From Chrysomallon squamiferum (taxonomy: Eukaryota > Animalia > Mollusca), in contig CM022665.1 of NCBI GenBank assembly GCA_012295275.1, forward strand, positions 31,868,001 through 31,932,000: a stretch of 64,000 nt of DNA. Reading direction: 5' to 3'. The notes under the pieces are model-generated. The model searched no databases and was not told where the DNA came from. It saw nothing but the letters and a program-made list of their open reading frames with translations. Of this stretch, positions 26,211-39,425 are shown piece after piece. The first letter of the stretch is position 1. Each line of letters begins with the position of its first letter. The translations under genes and the position numbers were made by a program.

Positions 26211-28412
26211 TTATTTGTCTATCTATCTATCTATCTATCTATCTATATAAACAAAGTTTAGTATCTTATAAATAACAAAAATGGATACATGAAGAGAAAA
26301 ATGAACATGTAATGTGATATTATGAGGTGTTTACTTTAAATTTTAAAAAAAGAAGAGAAAAGAATGAAGCAATATCAACAGGGACACTTATCCAGAATTG
26401 ATCCCATATTCTCCAGTACTATCATGCTGTGATTTAACTTGCCAAATAAATCTATGGAGCATAGTAAGATTTGAGCTTATACTTGTATCGTGACTGTCTA
26501 CAGATCACAGCCAGTGGAAATTAGCATGAAGTATTGGCTAAAGATGAGTCACTGATGGATAGTGTGTATTCTGATTATAGCCATGCTATTGACAAACCAT
26601 GAAATAAACCCTTACACTGCTGAAAAACCCAACATGGATGTCACACTGCTGGGTTATATGTTTTGAAATTCCAGCCTGTCACATTTAGGTCCTATTGTCA
26701 AACATTTACATATTAAATTCTGATCTAGTAAGGCAGTTTTGATAAGCAGCCATGTACTTCAGTTTCAGTTTAATCATACATTTCTGACTCAAATATTAAG
26801 CTTCAGCTAAACTGTGGTGAATGATAAATTAGTTTTTTTCTATGACTGAATATGGTTCTTTCTCATAAAACAACTTTGACTTCTATCTATGTCAGCTGAT
26901 CAAAATAATGTCAGTACATACCATGCATTTTAACATACCAGTTTGCTTGGCAATACATTAATTATGACTTGAGCAGTCAAGGGTTTTCTGGTCTATAAAT
27001 CTAAACTAGTACTGTCTGACTTCATACAGCTTACCTTTAATACCAATAAAACTAGTGGTTTTACATGTGCATCAGATACATTTACATGTGTAGATATTAA
27101 AACAGGTTTTATGTGTGTAGCTGTGCTAACTCCAGCTTCATAAAGATAGGCTGTTATTCCACTGCTGCAAGTCAGAAACAAAGTAACTGTCATACCTGTA
27201 GCACTTCAAAAAGTAATAGGAAAAAAAGAAAGAAAACATTGTCAAAACATTGTCAATCCTCATCAACATATTCTTTTTGTAATTTCCTAAACCTGCGAGT
27301 GTTCTTTAAATGGTATATAAAAGGTCACAGTGTATACTTTTATCACTCTATAGGATGGATACATGTACCATTTACTCCTAACTGATGAATATAACAGTAT
27401 GATGGAAATGAGTTTCTTTCCTCATATCTTCATCATAGAATACCTAATAATTAATAATATTTAAATGTGCTGATTTGTCACAAAAAACAAACATCCATTA
27501 ACTGAAACAGAAAGGATGAGGTCTTTAGTCTTAAAAATGCAGGACACTAAAGCAATTATGACTAACTTCATATCTTAACATAAACGGCCTCTGTGATAAG
27601 ATGGGTTTCCTGTTTATTTTATAAAATAAACTTTTACATCAGTATACTGACAAGCATATAGTCATGTACAAGGAAATGATGATAACAGATTTTGTATTAT
27701 CTAATTTCATAAGTGTTTATGGTAGGAACAAACTGATAATGGATCATACTATAAACTTTTAATTTGTTATAACATACAGATATTTAAAAAAAAAATAATA
27801 ATAATATTATTTTATGATGGAAAAAGTTGTTTAAATATTTTATTGCAAAGAGAAAAACTGTTTATTATTTCAAAGTTTAAATTTAAATATAATAAAACTT
27901 TTCACACAAAAGACAGATGTTAAAATTATTATATCATAAAGGAAAACCTCTCCCCCAAAAACAGCTTAATTTATTATTTTTAACCACCCTTTTAAATATA
28001 CTTTGAAATTTAGTGAGACTTTTCAGAGGATTATGCTGTAACATTTTAAAAACATGAATACAAATAGTAACTATCTGTGAAACAGCTTAAAGACAAAACA
28101 TCCAAAGTCAGATCTCAGAGATAGTCTGTTTTTTTAACCTTGGCCAGCCACAGGACCACCTTCTAAACTGTCTCTTCACACACCTGTCGTTTCACATCAC
28201 TGTCAGTGCGCTCTGGTCATTGCCACCTGTCTTCATAAGGAAAACATGCACAGCTCTTGTTAACAATTTCATATACTTAGAGAGGTCAAAATGCAGAAAA
28301 AACAAATTCCAGGTAAAAAAATGCAGAAAAACAAATTCCAGACAAAAGTTCATCCAAAACACAAATCAGAAATGTTTCCATGACTACCTTACTAGTTTCT
28401 GTTTTCCATTGA

Positions 28413-28615
28413 TATTACTGTTATTACTGCTCCTATTGCTACTACTTCTACTACTTCTGCAGCTACTACTACTACTACTGTTTCCACTACTACTGTATTA
28501 TTTCTCCTGTTACTGCTACTTCTACTACAACTACTTCTGCAATTTCTACCACTAATGCACTGTTGCTACTACTATTAATACTCCTATTACTACTACTTCT
28601 GTTCCTGCTGCTATT
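28413..28615. repeat. Degenerate (CTA)n trinucleotide repeat
   Basis: ctactactacta runs; produces the spurious poly-Leu ORF at 28220. Confidence 0.85.
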
Positions 28616-28924
28616 ATAATATATATCATTATTACAATTGTTGTTGTTATTATCATTAATATCTGACTCATGTTACTATGATCAAAACACATGCTACATA
28701 TATATACCTGTAATCAAAAAACTGTAATTAATGGATAGGAGAGTGAGAATTAATTAGGGACTGTCATATTAGAAATTATTTCTGAAATAGAGGTGAAAAA
28801 ATAATTTAAAAAGAATTTGGATATATTTATATATCAGTAATTGGGAGAATTTAACAGAAAATATTTTGCTACTTATTTCTAAGATTGTGGTAAGATCAAG
28901 ATAATTATAAATTTTTGTTGAGAT

Positions 28925-28957
<33 letters not shown>

Positions 28958-30442
28958 ATGTTTATGTACCCACATATCATGATAATTATTATTAAATATC
29001 TTGGATATTTATATACAAGTTCACACACACACACACAGATACAAACATGCTTGAATTAGTATTCTGTTATTACTGAAAACTGTTATTGAAAACTTATTTG
29101 TTTTTAATTTACATTTTCCTTCTTTTAAGTAAAATCTGTGTACATGTTTTTCATCACCCAGGCATTTGATATTATTAGTTGCTAGGCAACATAATAGTAA
29201 TTTTAGATTTTAATCAACTTTCCAAATTGTTACATAATCACAAATGTAAATAAGGATGTTAATATTTAAAAAAAAAAAAAGAGAATTTTATGATGTAGCT
29301 GTTTCTGAACGGATTTTCTTATTATAAACTAAACTAAGATACACAGTGAGAAATAAATTTAAAATTAAAGTGAAAAACAGTTCAGGAAATAATTTTCTAA
29401 TGGAAAACAAAATAACAAAAAAATATTAAAGTAAAATGTTAATGGAATTTAAATTTTTTGAATTAAAAAAAAAAAAGGCAATACTGGAAACAACTGTTCC
29501 ACAAAATGACTTTAGTAATACATTTAAAAAAAATAAAAAATTAAATTAAGATAGTGGAAAAAAACTGTTTAGCTGAAGTGTGGTGAAAAAAGAAAACACC
29601 AAAATATTTTCTTCCTCTTTTAAATCAAACAAATAAACAACAGGAAATGTGCTTTTTCAGCTAAAAAAATTGTTGTGCAATTAAAATTTTGAACTAACAT
29701 GTAAATAAATAAATAATAATAATAATTATTTAAAAAATATTAAAACCACCACTCCTCCAAAATTAATACTATTTAGTAAAACAAAAGGTTTTTTAACCAT
29801 AGTTAAAAATAGTACTATAGTCATACTTTGCTTTCATACACTTGTCTGCCTCTCACTGCAGGTTTTATGCTTATAAGATATTCCAGGACAAAATATGATT
29901 CATCAGAGAGTGAATCACCAGACTTTAACATATTCTTTTCCATCATGAAAATTAAATAAGATAACAAAATAAGTTCTCTACGAGAACTAGTTAACATATG
30001 GTTTCCTTTATTGATTTTTGTTTTCACTGTCATGAAATACTGCAAAAGAACATTAAAAAAAAAGAAAAAAAGAAGAAAATGTAAGGAAATAATTATAATA
30101 CATTTTATCTGTTTAAACTAATGAGTTATTTCCCTTAATGTTAAGGTAACAAGAGTTATCTCCCAGCTTAAGCATTTGCACAAGCAACACACACCTTATT
30201 TAAATGTTGAAAGTTTAAAATTATTTAATCATAGTAATATTAACAATAAATAAATCAGAATTTTAAAACTGTAATGAATACAAATTTAAACTGAAGTATA
30301 TCCTTAGAATATATGATTTGATATAGATGATAATAAAAAGTTGTTTTCATTTTGAGGTTTTATTTTCTCTTTAATCAAAATATACATTTGTAAAAAGTCT
30401 TGCAAGACTTAGTTACAAAAATTATTTCTAGAGAAAGATCAC

Positions 30443-30510
30443 GAATGAATGAATAAATGAATGTTTAATAACATCTCAGCATTAAATATACATCAACTAT
30501 TGGATGTCAA
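30443..30510 (-). mobile_element. Interspersed repeat 3' end with (CATT)n tail (SINE-like fragment)
   Basis: gaatgaat...gaatgtttaataacatctcagca...atacatcaactattggatg is colinear with the copy at 52395-52452. Confidence 0.55.
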
Positions 30511-31049
30511 GCTGTCATAAAGGCAAAATGTAATGTTCAACATTAATATAAAAATTCAATAGTAAAATTAAAAGTGTAATGAACTGCACTAAAATTAAAG
30601 TATCACAGATAGAAACAATTCAAACTGAGAATAAAAGTCAGTATCATGTATAAAGTAATAAAGGTTCCTGATGGAATCAAAATCTTTCCATCATTTCTTT
30701 GACTGAATATTTCTGTTTAATAGTTTTATGTTTTCTTTTATATTTGAGATAACTGCACTGTGAATGTGGTATACCATCAGAGTCAAGATGCAAGATAAAT
30801 AAATATAAAATTTCCGTCTTTCTTTACACAGTTAATTAACTGAATTTAATTTACTGTTTAGCCTTCATTTAAGAAGGTAATAAGTAAATATAAAAACATA
30901 AAATGAAAAAAATAATATTATGCACTTATACACCAATGTCAAAGTATTAACATACCACAATACACTTTTGCAAAAAGATAATGTAAAATGTTAGTAAACC
31001 AGTGAATTTGAAAATGACTAACATCTGGCCTTAACAGCTGTGATTTCAA

Positions 31050-31340
31050 TTGAAAATATGTTACTTTTATATTAAAGTGTGAATTAATACTTGAATCAAT
31101 TGAATGTATTGTACTTTGATACTGGTATGAATTAATATCAAGCATATTGAAAATAAAAATATGCTACTTTTATAGTGAAATCAGAAGTGATATTGAAATC
31201 TACTGAATGTAGTGTACTGTGATACTGGTGTGAATTAAGATATATATTGAAAATCAAACAATATTTCATATTTCATATTAAAGAGTTCATGAAAATAAAA
31301 TCTATCAAAAATATGCTACTTTCAAATTGAAACCAGGAAT
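31050..31340. repeat. Two to three diverged tandem copies of a roughly 110 bp unit
   Basis: aaaatatg(c/t)tacttt three times; tgaatgta.tgtact.tgatactggt.tgaattaa twice. Confidence 0.65.
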
Positions 31341-31590
31341 TTAAAAAAAAAATATATATATATATATTTTATATTAAACAGCAAGATATGAAATTTCTGT
31401 TAAAGTGTATTATTACATGTCCATTCATCACAAAAAAATGTAAAATATCTTGTAAAATACTCATTAGGCCTGAAGGTATATATCATTTCAGTTGTAATAA
31501 ATATTTTATTATTATGTGATTGCATGCTATAAATTAATTAACCATAATCAATTCCTTGTTTCAGGATAGTAGCAAATGAAAAATAAAATC

Positions 31591-31630
<40 letters not shown>

Positions 31631-31802
31631 AAAAAAAAAAAAAAATAAAATAAAATAAAATAAAATAAAATAAATAAATATAATAAAAATAAAAATAATA
31701 ATAAAGAGTTTAATATTTGAAGGACAACATTTCAAAGCACCACCACTTCAAAAATCTGAAAAAAGTAATACTGTTAAATATGCAGTGTAATGACTATCTT
31801 AC

Positions 31803-34194
31803 CTGTCATCATCAACAACAGCACTGCTCTTCTGCATGCACTCTCTAACAGCTTGCATGCCCTCTCGGAACCGCTGCTGTAGTCGACGTGCATACAACGA
31901 GGCGCCACCTTCACTGAGGTAACCACTTGTCCAGTCATCACCCTTGTTGTTGTTTTTGAGAATATCTCCATCAGACATGTAGCCCGACACATAGTCATAT
32001 GTGTCCACATCAGAAGCATAGTCAGGATCACCAATGTTGGGACAGTTAGAATTAGTTCTCTTTATCTGACCAGAGTAATACTTGCCATGCTCAAACAGTG
32101 GACGGCTGACAACACCAAGTCTGCTGGGTGTGCTGGTTGCATACATGGCTGTCTGAGGCACTGAGATACCTGGTATGTGGAAATTGCGGTTGGAGTTTAA
32201 CCCAGAGTATCCAGAGTATCCACGGAAATATCCATATGGAAGAGCTCTCATTATGGGAGGCATGGGTTTTATGTCCATTGTTTCACCAGAGTCATCAACA
32301 AATGTTGTTCCCTTTTCAGAAAATGTTGTCTCCTTTCCACCATCACTTTTGTTCACTTTTTCTGTCCTGACTTCAGTGTCAAATGTTGTCTCTATCTTTT
32401 CTCCAGATCGTGGCTGTACAATGGCAACATTGTTTGCAGGTTTTCCCAAATGTGAATTCAACATCTTGACACCAAGTTTAGGTGAATTTGTAGTTGATCT
32501 GTCCTGACAGATCACATCACCAGCCACAGACCTGATAATAATGTTTTCAAGAGGATAAGGGCTGTTCACACTAGAAGATGGAACACTGATACTGGAAGGT
32601 GTATTTGATCTTGATTTTCCAGGAGTTTCAACTCTTGGACTTGCAGGTCGGAAAGTTGATCCTGTTTTGGGGTCTGTCAAGTATTTTGTAGGAGTGATTG
32701 TTTTCTGTAATACTGATAAATTTGTCTGAGTATTGCCATCTGCTTTTGACACTGAGGGCTTGCTTGACTGAGAAGCTACAGAACATTGAGGCTTTACTAC
32801 ATTAACAGTCTGGGAAAATGTGACACTGCCATAAGTATTTGGTGTAGGACTGACAACTTGAGTCCTTGACAACCCAGGAGCAGCTCTGCCACTAGGAACT
32901 CCTGCCACTTGTCCCATCTGACTTGTTGTTGACTTGGGAGGAATTGTAATGTCTGCCATCACATGGGCTGTTGCTTTGGTCACAGAAATACTAGAAGAAC
33001 TATTTTCAGTCACTCTGTGTTGCTCCTGAAGATTCACACGAGGGAAACTATCTTTTATTCTTTGTTGCTCCTGTACATTTACTCTAGCATGTTGTTGTTG
33101 CTGTAGCTGTTGTTGATTTTCAGCTGCAGATGACATGTTTTGTGACTTAGAATGTGACTGACTCATGCTTGAATGAAAAGAGCTGGACTGACTAACAGGT
33201 CCTACAGGCGTTCCAGCAGGGCTGGTTGTTTGTTGAAGAGAACTCTTTGAAGAACTGGAAGACAATGTCTTGTGGGCATTCATCCCAGGCAGAGAGGCAA
33301 ACAAAGCCTTTTTGTGGCTGGGCACAGCAGGTACATTTTTGATTTTATCGTCTTTACTTGATTTACCTGAGGATGGTTTTGGAATGCCAGTACTTGGTGC
33401 AGGAATCTGAGACCCTGATTTTCCTGAAGACGAGGCTGATTTTGGAATCAAGCTGCCAATTTTAGAGTTGGAAGAACTCTTTTTAGAAGGAGTTGGACTT
33501 GACTGAGCTCCTCGAGACTCACCTTTTTCCTTTGTACCACTTTTGCGTCCAGGCACAGGAGAATTACGAGCAGACACACTAGGGGAGGTTCTATTTTGAG
33601 AAGAAGGGGAAGGTGTGTTGCGCTTAGCTACATTGTCTGGAGTTAAAGTATTACCAGTTTCTCTCTTTGAGCTGAACGAATGAGCCAGCGATTTCTTTCC
33701 TGATTTAGCAGGCAGCTTTGGGCTTGAAGACCCATTGGTAGTGGTGCTGCTACTACTAGCACCAGCATCAGTTGAACTAGAACTTCTGCAGCTAGATGAC
33801 TTGGTATCTCTTCCAGAATCAGTATCACTAGATAACCTTGAACCTGGGGTCGTACTACTTGAACTAGTCTTTGAAGAAGCAGTTTTTGAAGCACTCTTGC
33901 TAACACTTTTATTCTTGTCCTTTTCCTTTGAATTAAAAAATTTGAATTTGTCCAACATAGAGTTCTTGTTGCTGGTAGGCTTAGCTGGGTTACCTGTGCT
34001 TTTAGAAGATGAAGTAGAGCTTGTAGAACTTGCACTTGTTCTGTTGGACTGTTTTTCAGCAGCTGTGGGAATCCTTGGTCCTGAAAGAACTCTCCCACCT
34101 GGAGTGGGGATCCCAGAGTGTGTGGTACTGCTGGGTGATGTAGCCCGCAGCAAGGCAGAATTGGTGCTATTCTTAGAACCTACTGGAGTTGAAC
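31803..34194 (-). CDS. NAV2: Neuron navigator (NAV1/2/3, unc-53, sickie family) large internal coding exon, Ser/Lys-rich disordered region
   Basis: 784-codon ORF. Acceptor ttatattttccag|GT at 34195 (phase 1) and donor GACAG|gtaaga at 31802 (phase 2). Contains NAV family motifs SMLDKFKFFNSK and SGYMSDGDIL..DDWTSGYLSEGGASLYARR (vertebrate NAV: SMLEKLKLFNSK, GYMSDGD..DD.TSGYMTDGGL.LY). The symbol denotes the family; paralogue assignment is not possible. Confidence 0.93.
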
Positions 34195-36378
34195 CTGGAA
34201 AATATAATATAAATTAAATTATTCTTAAAACCTAATGGAAGATTATTTATTTATTTTTAGAAGCAAAACACATTTAACAGTTTACTGCAAATAGATTTAC
34301 AGGCATGTATTGCAGTTACAGTTCTTTGAAGTTATCAAAGCTGAAATTAAAAACAAACTGGTTATAGGATAATAGTACGAGTCTGTGGAATTTCTTCAGG
34401 TTTTGGGAATATTTTTCTTTGCTTTTCTTAAAGAAAATGCACTGATAAATGATACACAAAACAGAATTTAATATATTTTTAAGAGGGTTTTGAGCTTAAT
34501 TTCTAATACAATTCAAACACTAATGACTATAATGTTAATACTTTGACATGTTTTTAAAAAATATGGAAAAAAAATTCTATAAATCCATGATGTTCAAACT
34601 AAATTAGTCAGTACAAAATAATACAAGAACCAAACAAAATCAATTTTATCAAATCACAAACTTCGATCTGCAGTCATTAAATATTTACAGAAAATGTAGC
34701 CATAATGAAAAAGTACAGAATATATGTATATATACTGCCTTATAAATGGGTGCCTTTGGTGCAGAACATTGTTAATGCATGAGAAACATATTCCCACACA
34801 GTTCCATTCCCTGAAGCAGAAGATCATGCTGCAGATACAAGAAGAAGTTAATGCAAAACACAGCCAACAGATTAACTAACTGCCATCTCACAATAATCAA
34901 CTCAGGTTGAGCCAGACTTCAAACTGAAATAATTATAGGATATGACTAGCAAACCAGACCAATGAAAATGTGACAAAAATCTCAGATATCTATATAATTA
35001 GGTAAAGTTCTGGATTTTCTGATCAGTGACAGTTTAAAAGGTGTAGGTAAGTATTACACTGGTGAAATAGCTGGCAATATATATATATTCTAGAAAATCA
35101 GATCAATGGCTCTTTGAAAGAAAACTTATTAATAAATATATTTTCAGATAAAATTCTAACAGTGAAGATCTGTGATGATTTGAAATATAAAACTAATAAA
35201 TAAATATACAAATCAGGTCAGTAAAAACATTTTGAAAAGATGCAATTTATTAACAGTAAAATCCTGAAAACTTTAATCAATGAAAATTTAAAATAATAAC
35301 TTCTGGCATTCGAAACAATGACAATCCATAAAATAAATAAATATATTATACAAAGAAAAATACTCCCAACTGAAATCACTTACAAATGGAAGATGTAACT
35401 GGTAAAAAAAAAAAAATATATATATATATATATTTACAGGTAATATTCTGCAAGTAACAATGTTAAAGATGTAACTAATAAATTAAACTTTTGCTGCATT
35501 ATACACAGGTAAAAATCCATCATTAGAGATACACCATATACAAGTTTTGTCTGTAGTTAAGACATGAACCTGAATGCAATCAATACCTGACAGAACATCA
35601 CAGGAGATCTTCACTATAGAAACAAGAAACTGTTTAGTTAATGGCAGATATTCCAATATAACTTTTACTGCTTGCTTTTCATATGTTAATGAGAAGCATG
35701 TCTAGGCTTGGATAATGATATCTTTATCAAACTATGAGAGGAACAGAATGAAGAAATATGAAAATCTGTTAACAACAATAAAAATATCAGAAAAACTGAA
35801 TGAAAAACATCAGAATCTGAATCAACATCAATAAAAGTGTCTGAGAAAAGAGAGGAAAAATAACAACATCAAGATCTGTTAACACAAATCAAAATACCTG
35901 AAGAGATAGGTGATGGAAAATAAAAAGATTAACTTCAACTGAATGGCAAATAAAACCCTAGTAAGTGAGAGATAAAAACAACTTATGATATTTGAGTATT
36001 CTTTTGTTTACATTTATTTCATATTTACAAAATGTAAAAATACAGGAAGTGTATGAGTTTGTGTGTGTGCATTTTATGTGCTTGTAAAGTGTGTGTGTGT
36101 TGCCTTAATTAGCTAATTTACTAATTTAATATATCTATCTAAGCAGAGCCTTTTGTGAGATCAGTTATTCTGCACAGGTACGAATGTACAAATGGAAATT
36201 ATACTGCACGTCAAAGTAATGAACTTTGGATTGGACAACAGGCTTTAGCAAATAGCCTAACAATAGTCTTATCATTCCACATATAAAACTTTCATATGCA
36301 AATAAAAATATCATGTTTAATCAGTTTTGTAACTGATATAATCCCTTTCATATATTCTGAAACAAAACATAATATTCT

Positions 36379-36417
<39 letters not shown>

Positions 36418-37380
36418 AGATCTCAAAGACTATAAACATGGCTTCTGTTATTTTTATGGCAAATTATTCAAGCTAGGCATAAAAATTATAAACCTATTTT
36501 GATATAATTATGTGTACAACATTTGTAAAATCAATTATTAAAACAATTCCTTTGTTCCTATCTTATCTACTATAGATTGTTTTTGTTTTTGTTGTTGTTT
36601 TGTTTTTTTTTAGTCATAAATTAAACAAATTATTTTTAAAAACTCAGAGAAGTTACTCTTTTTTTCTTATACCTGAATCTGGAACATCTGGCAGGCCCCA
36701 GCTGAGACTCTGATAGATAACATTATTCCATTACAAGGAAGAAGACACAGTTAATTTGGCCTGCCTAGTTATGGAGGACCCCCACTGGGAAGAAAAAGGA
36801 AAATTCAAGACATCAGTCTGACTGAAAACACAGAATTCTACCTCAAATAAACCATTATTTCCTCAGTATCAGCCATTACCTAGTATATATGAAAATGAAA
36901 AATCTTGTCCTACTTGGGGAAAACCTTTGTGATGGGCCCCATCAGTGTTTGATATATTTACATGTAGATTAAAGAAATCTAAGTCATTTTTTTTTTTTTT
37001 TTTTTTTTTTTTTTGGTGTTGGTGTCAAAAAAAAAAAAAAAAATCTGGAATTGTGTCAAAAAAAGGCAATCGTAAACAAAATATAAAAATTTTTGAATTT
37101 TAAAGCAATATATTATTTCCTTACATTTTCCTTTATTTACAATAACAATTACACATTTACAATTACCTTTGACTTTTGCATCAGTTATATCATTTAGTTT
37201 GTTATATTTTGCACTTCTTTATTATTATTATTACTTCATTTAAATAAGAAAAGAAAATAACTTTATATAAACTTCAAAATTAAAACTACAAAGTATATTT
37301 CCTTTAAATCTTTACAGACTGAGTCCCATGTTATAAAGTGTAAATTAATTACTTGTACAAGGGTTATTTAATTATAACTC

Positions 37381-37590
37381 AATTTAGCTCAGTTGTCTGA
37401 GCAATGCCCTGAAGCATGGGAGGTGGTAGGATCAATTCCCCTTTATGTTAAGTGTACCATATCTTGTTAACTAAAATTTTGTAGAAGACTGTGGTATGTG
37501 TTTCCCTGTTTATGTAAAAGACAATGTTTGTGCATGTAAAAGAACCCCTGATATCAAATAATAGAAACTTATGGAATGGCAGCACTGGCT
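37381..37590 (+). mobile_element. Decayed tRNA-derived SINE
   Basis: A-box TAGCTCAGTTG (37385), B-box-like GGATCAATTCCC (about 37429-37440), then a non-tRNA body (gactgtggtatgtg...gtgcatgtaaaagaacccc); no intact cloverleaf. Confidence 0.65.
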
Positions 37591-38859
37591 TATAATAATC
37601 ATTATGATGATGATCATCATCATATATGATACCTGGTAATCACATAGTATATTAAGATACTGTTTAACTCTTCAGGACCTTTACTTATTGCTATATATTT
37701 TTTTATTTATTATTACTATTAATACAACTACAACTATTATTATAATTATTATTATTATTTTCTCTGTACCTGTAGTGCCCATGTTAATGGTAACATTAAA
37801 CAGAATCTCTTATATATAGTGTCATGTTTTCATCAAACCAGTTTGATGCCTGGTCATCACCTACTTAAGCCCCAGTTCATATGTCAATATCCACACATCA
37901 GTACTGAAGAGGTCAAACATTCAGTAATGTAACTCAACACACTCATCCACTATTACAACATTTCACATAACAGCTAAGTAAAAGCACACACTTCAGTACA
38001 GTTAACAAGTTCAGTACATTTTAAACTGATAAAAAAACAACAAACAAAAAAACAATAAGGTAGCTGACATTTAAATTTCCTCAGGGTGATTATAACTGTG
38101 TCTGGGTTTTTTACAGGGAAAATCACAATTATTTTCAACTTCAAACAGAATATTCTCTGACAGGTAATAATGGCTTGGAGAAAACTGGTAAATTGTGTGT
38201 GGGCAGATTGCATGAAGTTCATGAAGTGAAAAAAAAAAATTATATTGATGCTTTGGCCATGCATATTAAATGCAATATTGTAATTGCTTTATATAGAAAA
38301 ACAAATGGGTTATAAATTAATGAATATTATGAATTATTGTAAAGAATTACAATCTAAATTGTTTTTGAATAATAATACAATTATGATGAATTGTTTATAA
38401 TTGTATATTTTGAATTGTTTAAAGATATTTGTATGTCATAATGTTTATATTATAACTATAGAGCAAAAAATGAGAAAACTATGTTGTAGAGTTCCATTTT
38501 GAGGACAAAGTAAAAATAATGAATAGTTTCAAGTACAAAAAAAAAGAATATATATAAGCAAAAAATTTAAACATATTTACAGTTCTGACAAGTTTATTTT
38601 TCCAAAGATATTTTACATGAGATATTTCTGTCTGATCAGTAAACTGTAGACACAGCTGTTAAACTGCTATCTTTGACTTGGATCTCACAGCCTACCTGTT
38701 ACCTTTGATGTTTGTTGCACATAACATGTACACAGCTTGACAGCCAAACACACTTCCTGCCACTCATGCAGACACAGATATAACATACAACTTTTAGTAT
38801 CTTAGAAACACAGCCCCCAAAAAGTAGACACAATCATATTAAGTACTGTGTAATAAACA

Positions 38860-39425
38860 CATTATTTTAATATTGTATAAATATATTAAACAGTAGAAAA
38901 AAAGATGGACAATGTTAGTTAGCTAAAACTAATACGTATTTAAATTTTGTGTAAATATTTTAATCTTTAGAATATTAAATAGACAACAGTAATTGGCCCT
39001 AACAAAATTGAAATATTTAAATATTGAATAAATATTTTTGTCTTTGGAATAATACCAAACAGGCAATAGTACCTTAGCCCAAATAAAACTGAAACATTTA
39101 AATTTTGTATAATATATTAAATTTTAAAATTTATCAGATAAACAATGGAGATTGCATTTTAATATACTGTAAATAAATTAGTGTTTAGAGTTATTCCAGA
39201 TAAACAATAGCAACATAATTAAATCAAAATACACACATAATATTTAAATTTTGCATAAATATATTAATCTTTACAATAATACAAAAATAACATATCCCAA
39301 ACCAAATAAATACAAAATATTTTAAATATTGTATAAATTGTTAGTATTTTGAAATGTTCCAGATCAGCAATAGTAACATAAGCCAAATAAAGTGCATTTA
39401 ATATGAAACACCATATAAATATATC
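38860..39425. repeat. Degenerate tandem repeat, unit about 60 bp
   Basis: Recurrent atttaaattttgtataaatatattaa...agataaacaatag...cccaaataaa. Confidence 0.6.

Larger units (their letters stand above)
4493..31802 (-). other. 27,310-nt GT-AG phase-2 intron of the NAV gene
   Basis: GTAAGA donor at 31802 and pyrimidine-rich CAG acceptor at 4493; the joined frame is open and restores a conserved motif. Confidence 0.88.

Noticed and set aside
33735-34217. Plus-strand 160-aa Leu/Val/Glu-rich ORF, and the other overlapping ORFs at 32128, 32175, 33643, 31774 and 3126
   Set aside because: Antisense or alternative-frame shadows of the Ser/Thr/Lys-rich NAV exons; no independent signals.
36988-37043. Poly-T / poly-A inverted pair (also about 59098-59193)
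   Set aside because: Homopolymers are frequent here; no complex complementary sequence.
37381-37445. Possible tRNA gene (also 57432-57495)
   Set aside because: A/B boxes are present but stems do not close and a SINE-like body follows: tRNA-derived SINE heads.
38690-38770. Short ATG ORFs ending at AAAG|gtaaca or CAG|gtaggc
   Set aside because: Only 8 codons in the phase-1 frame with poor start context; within chance expectation.
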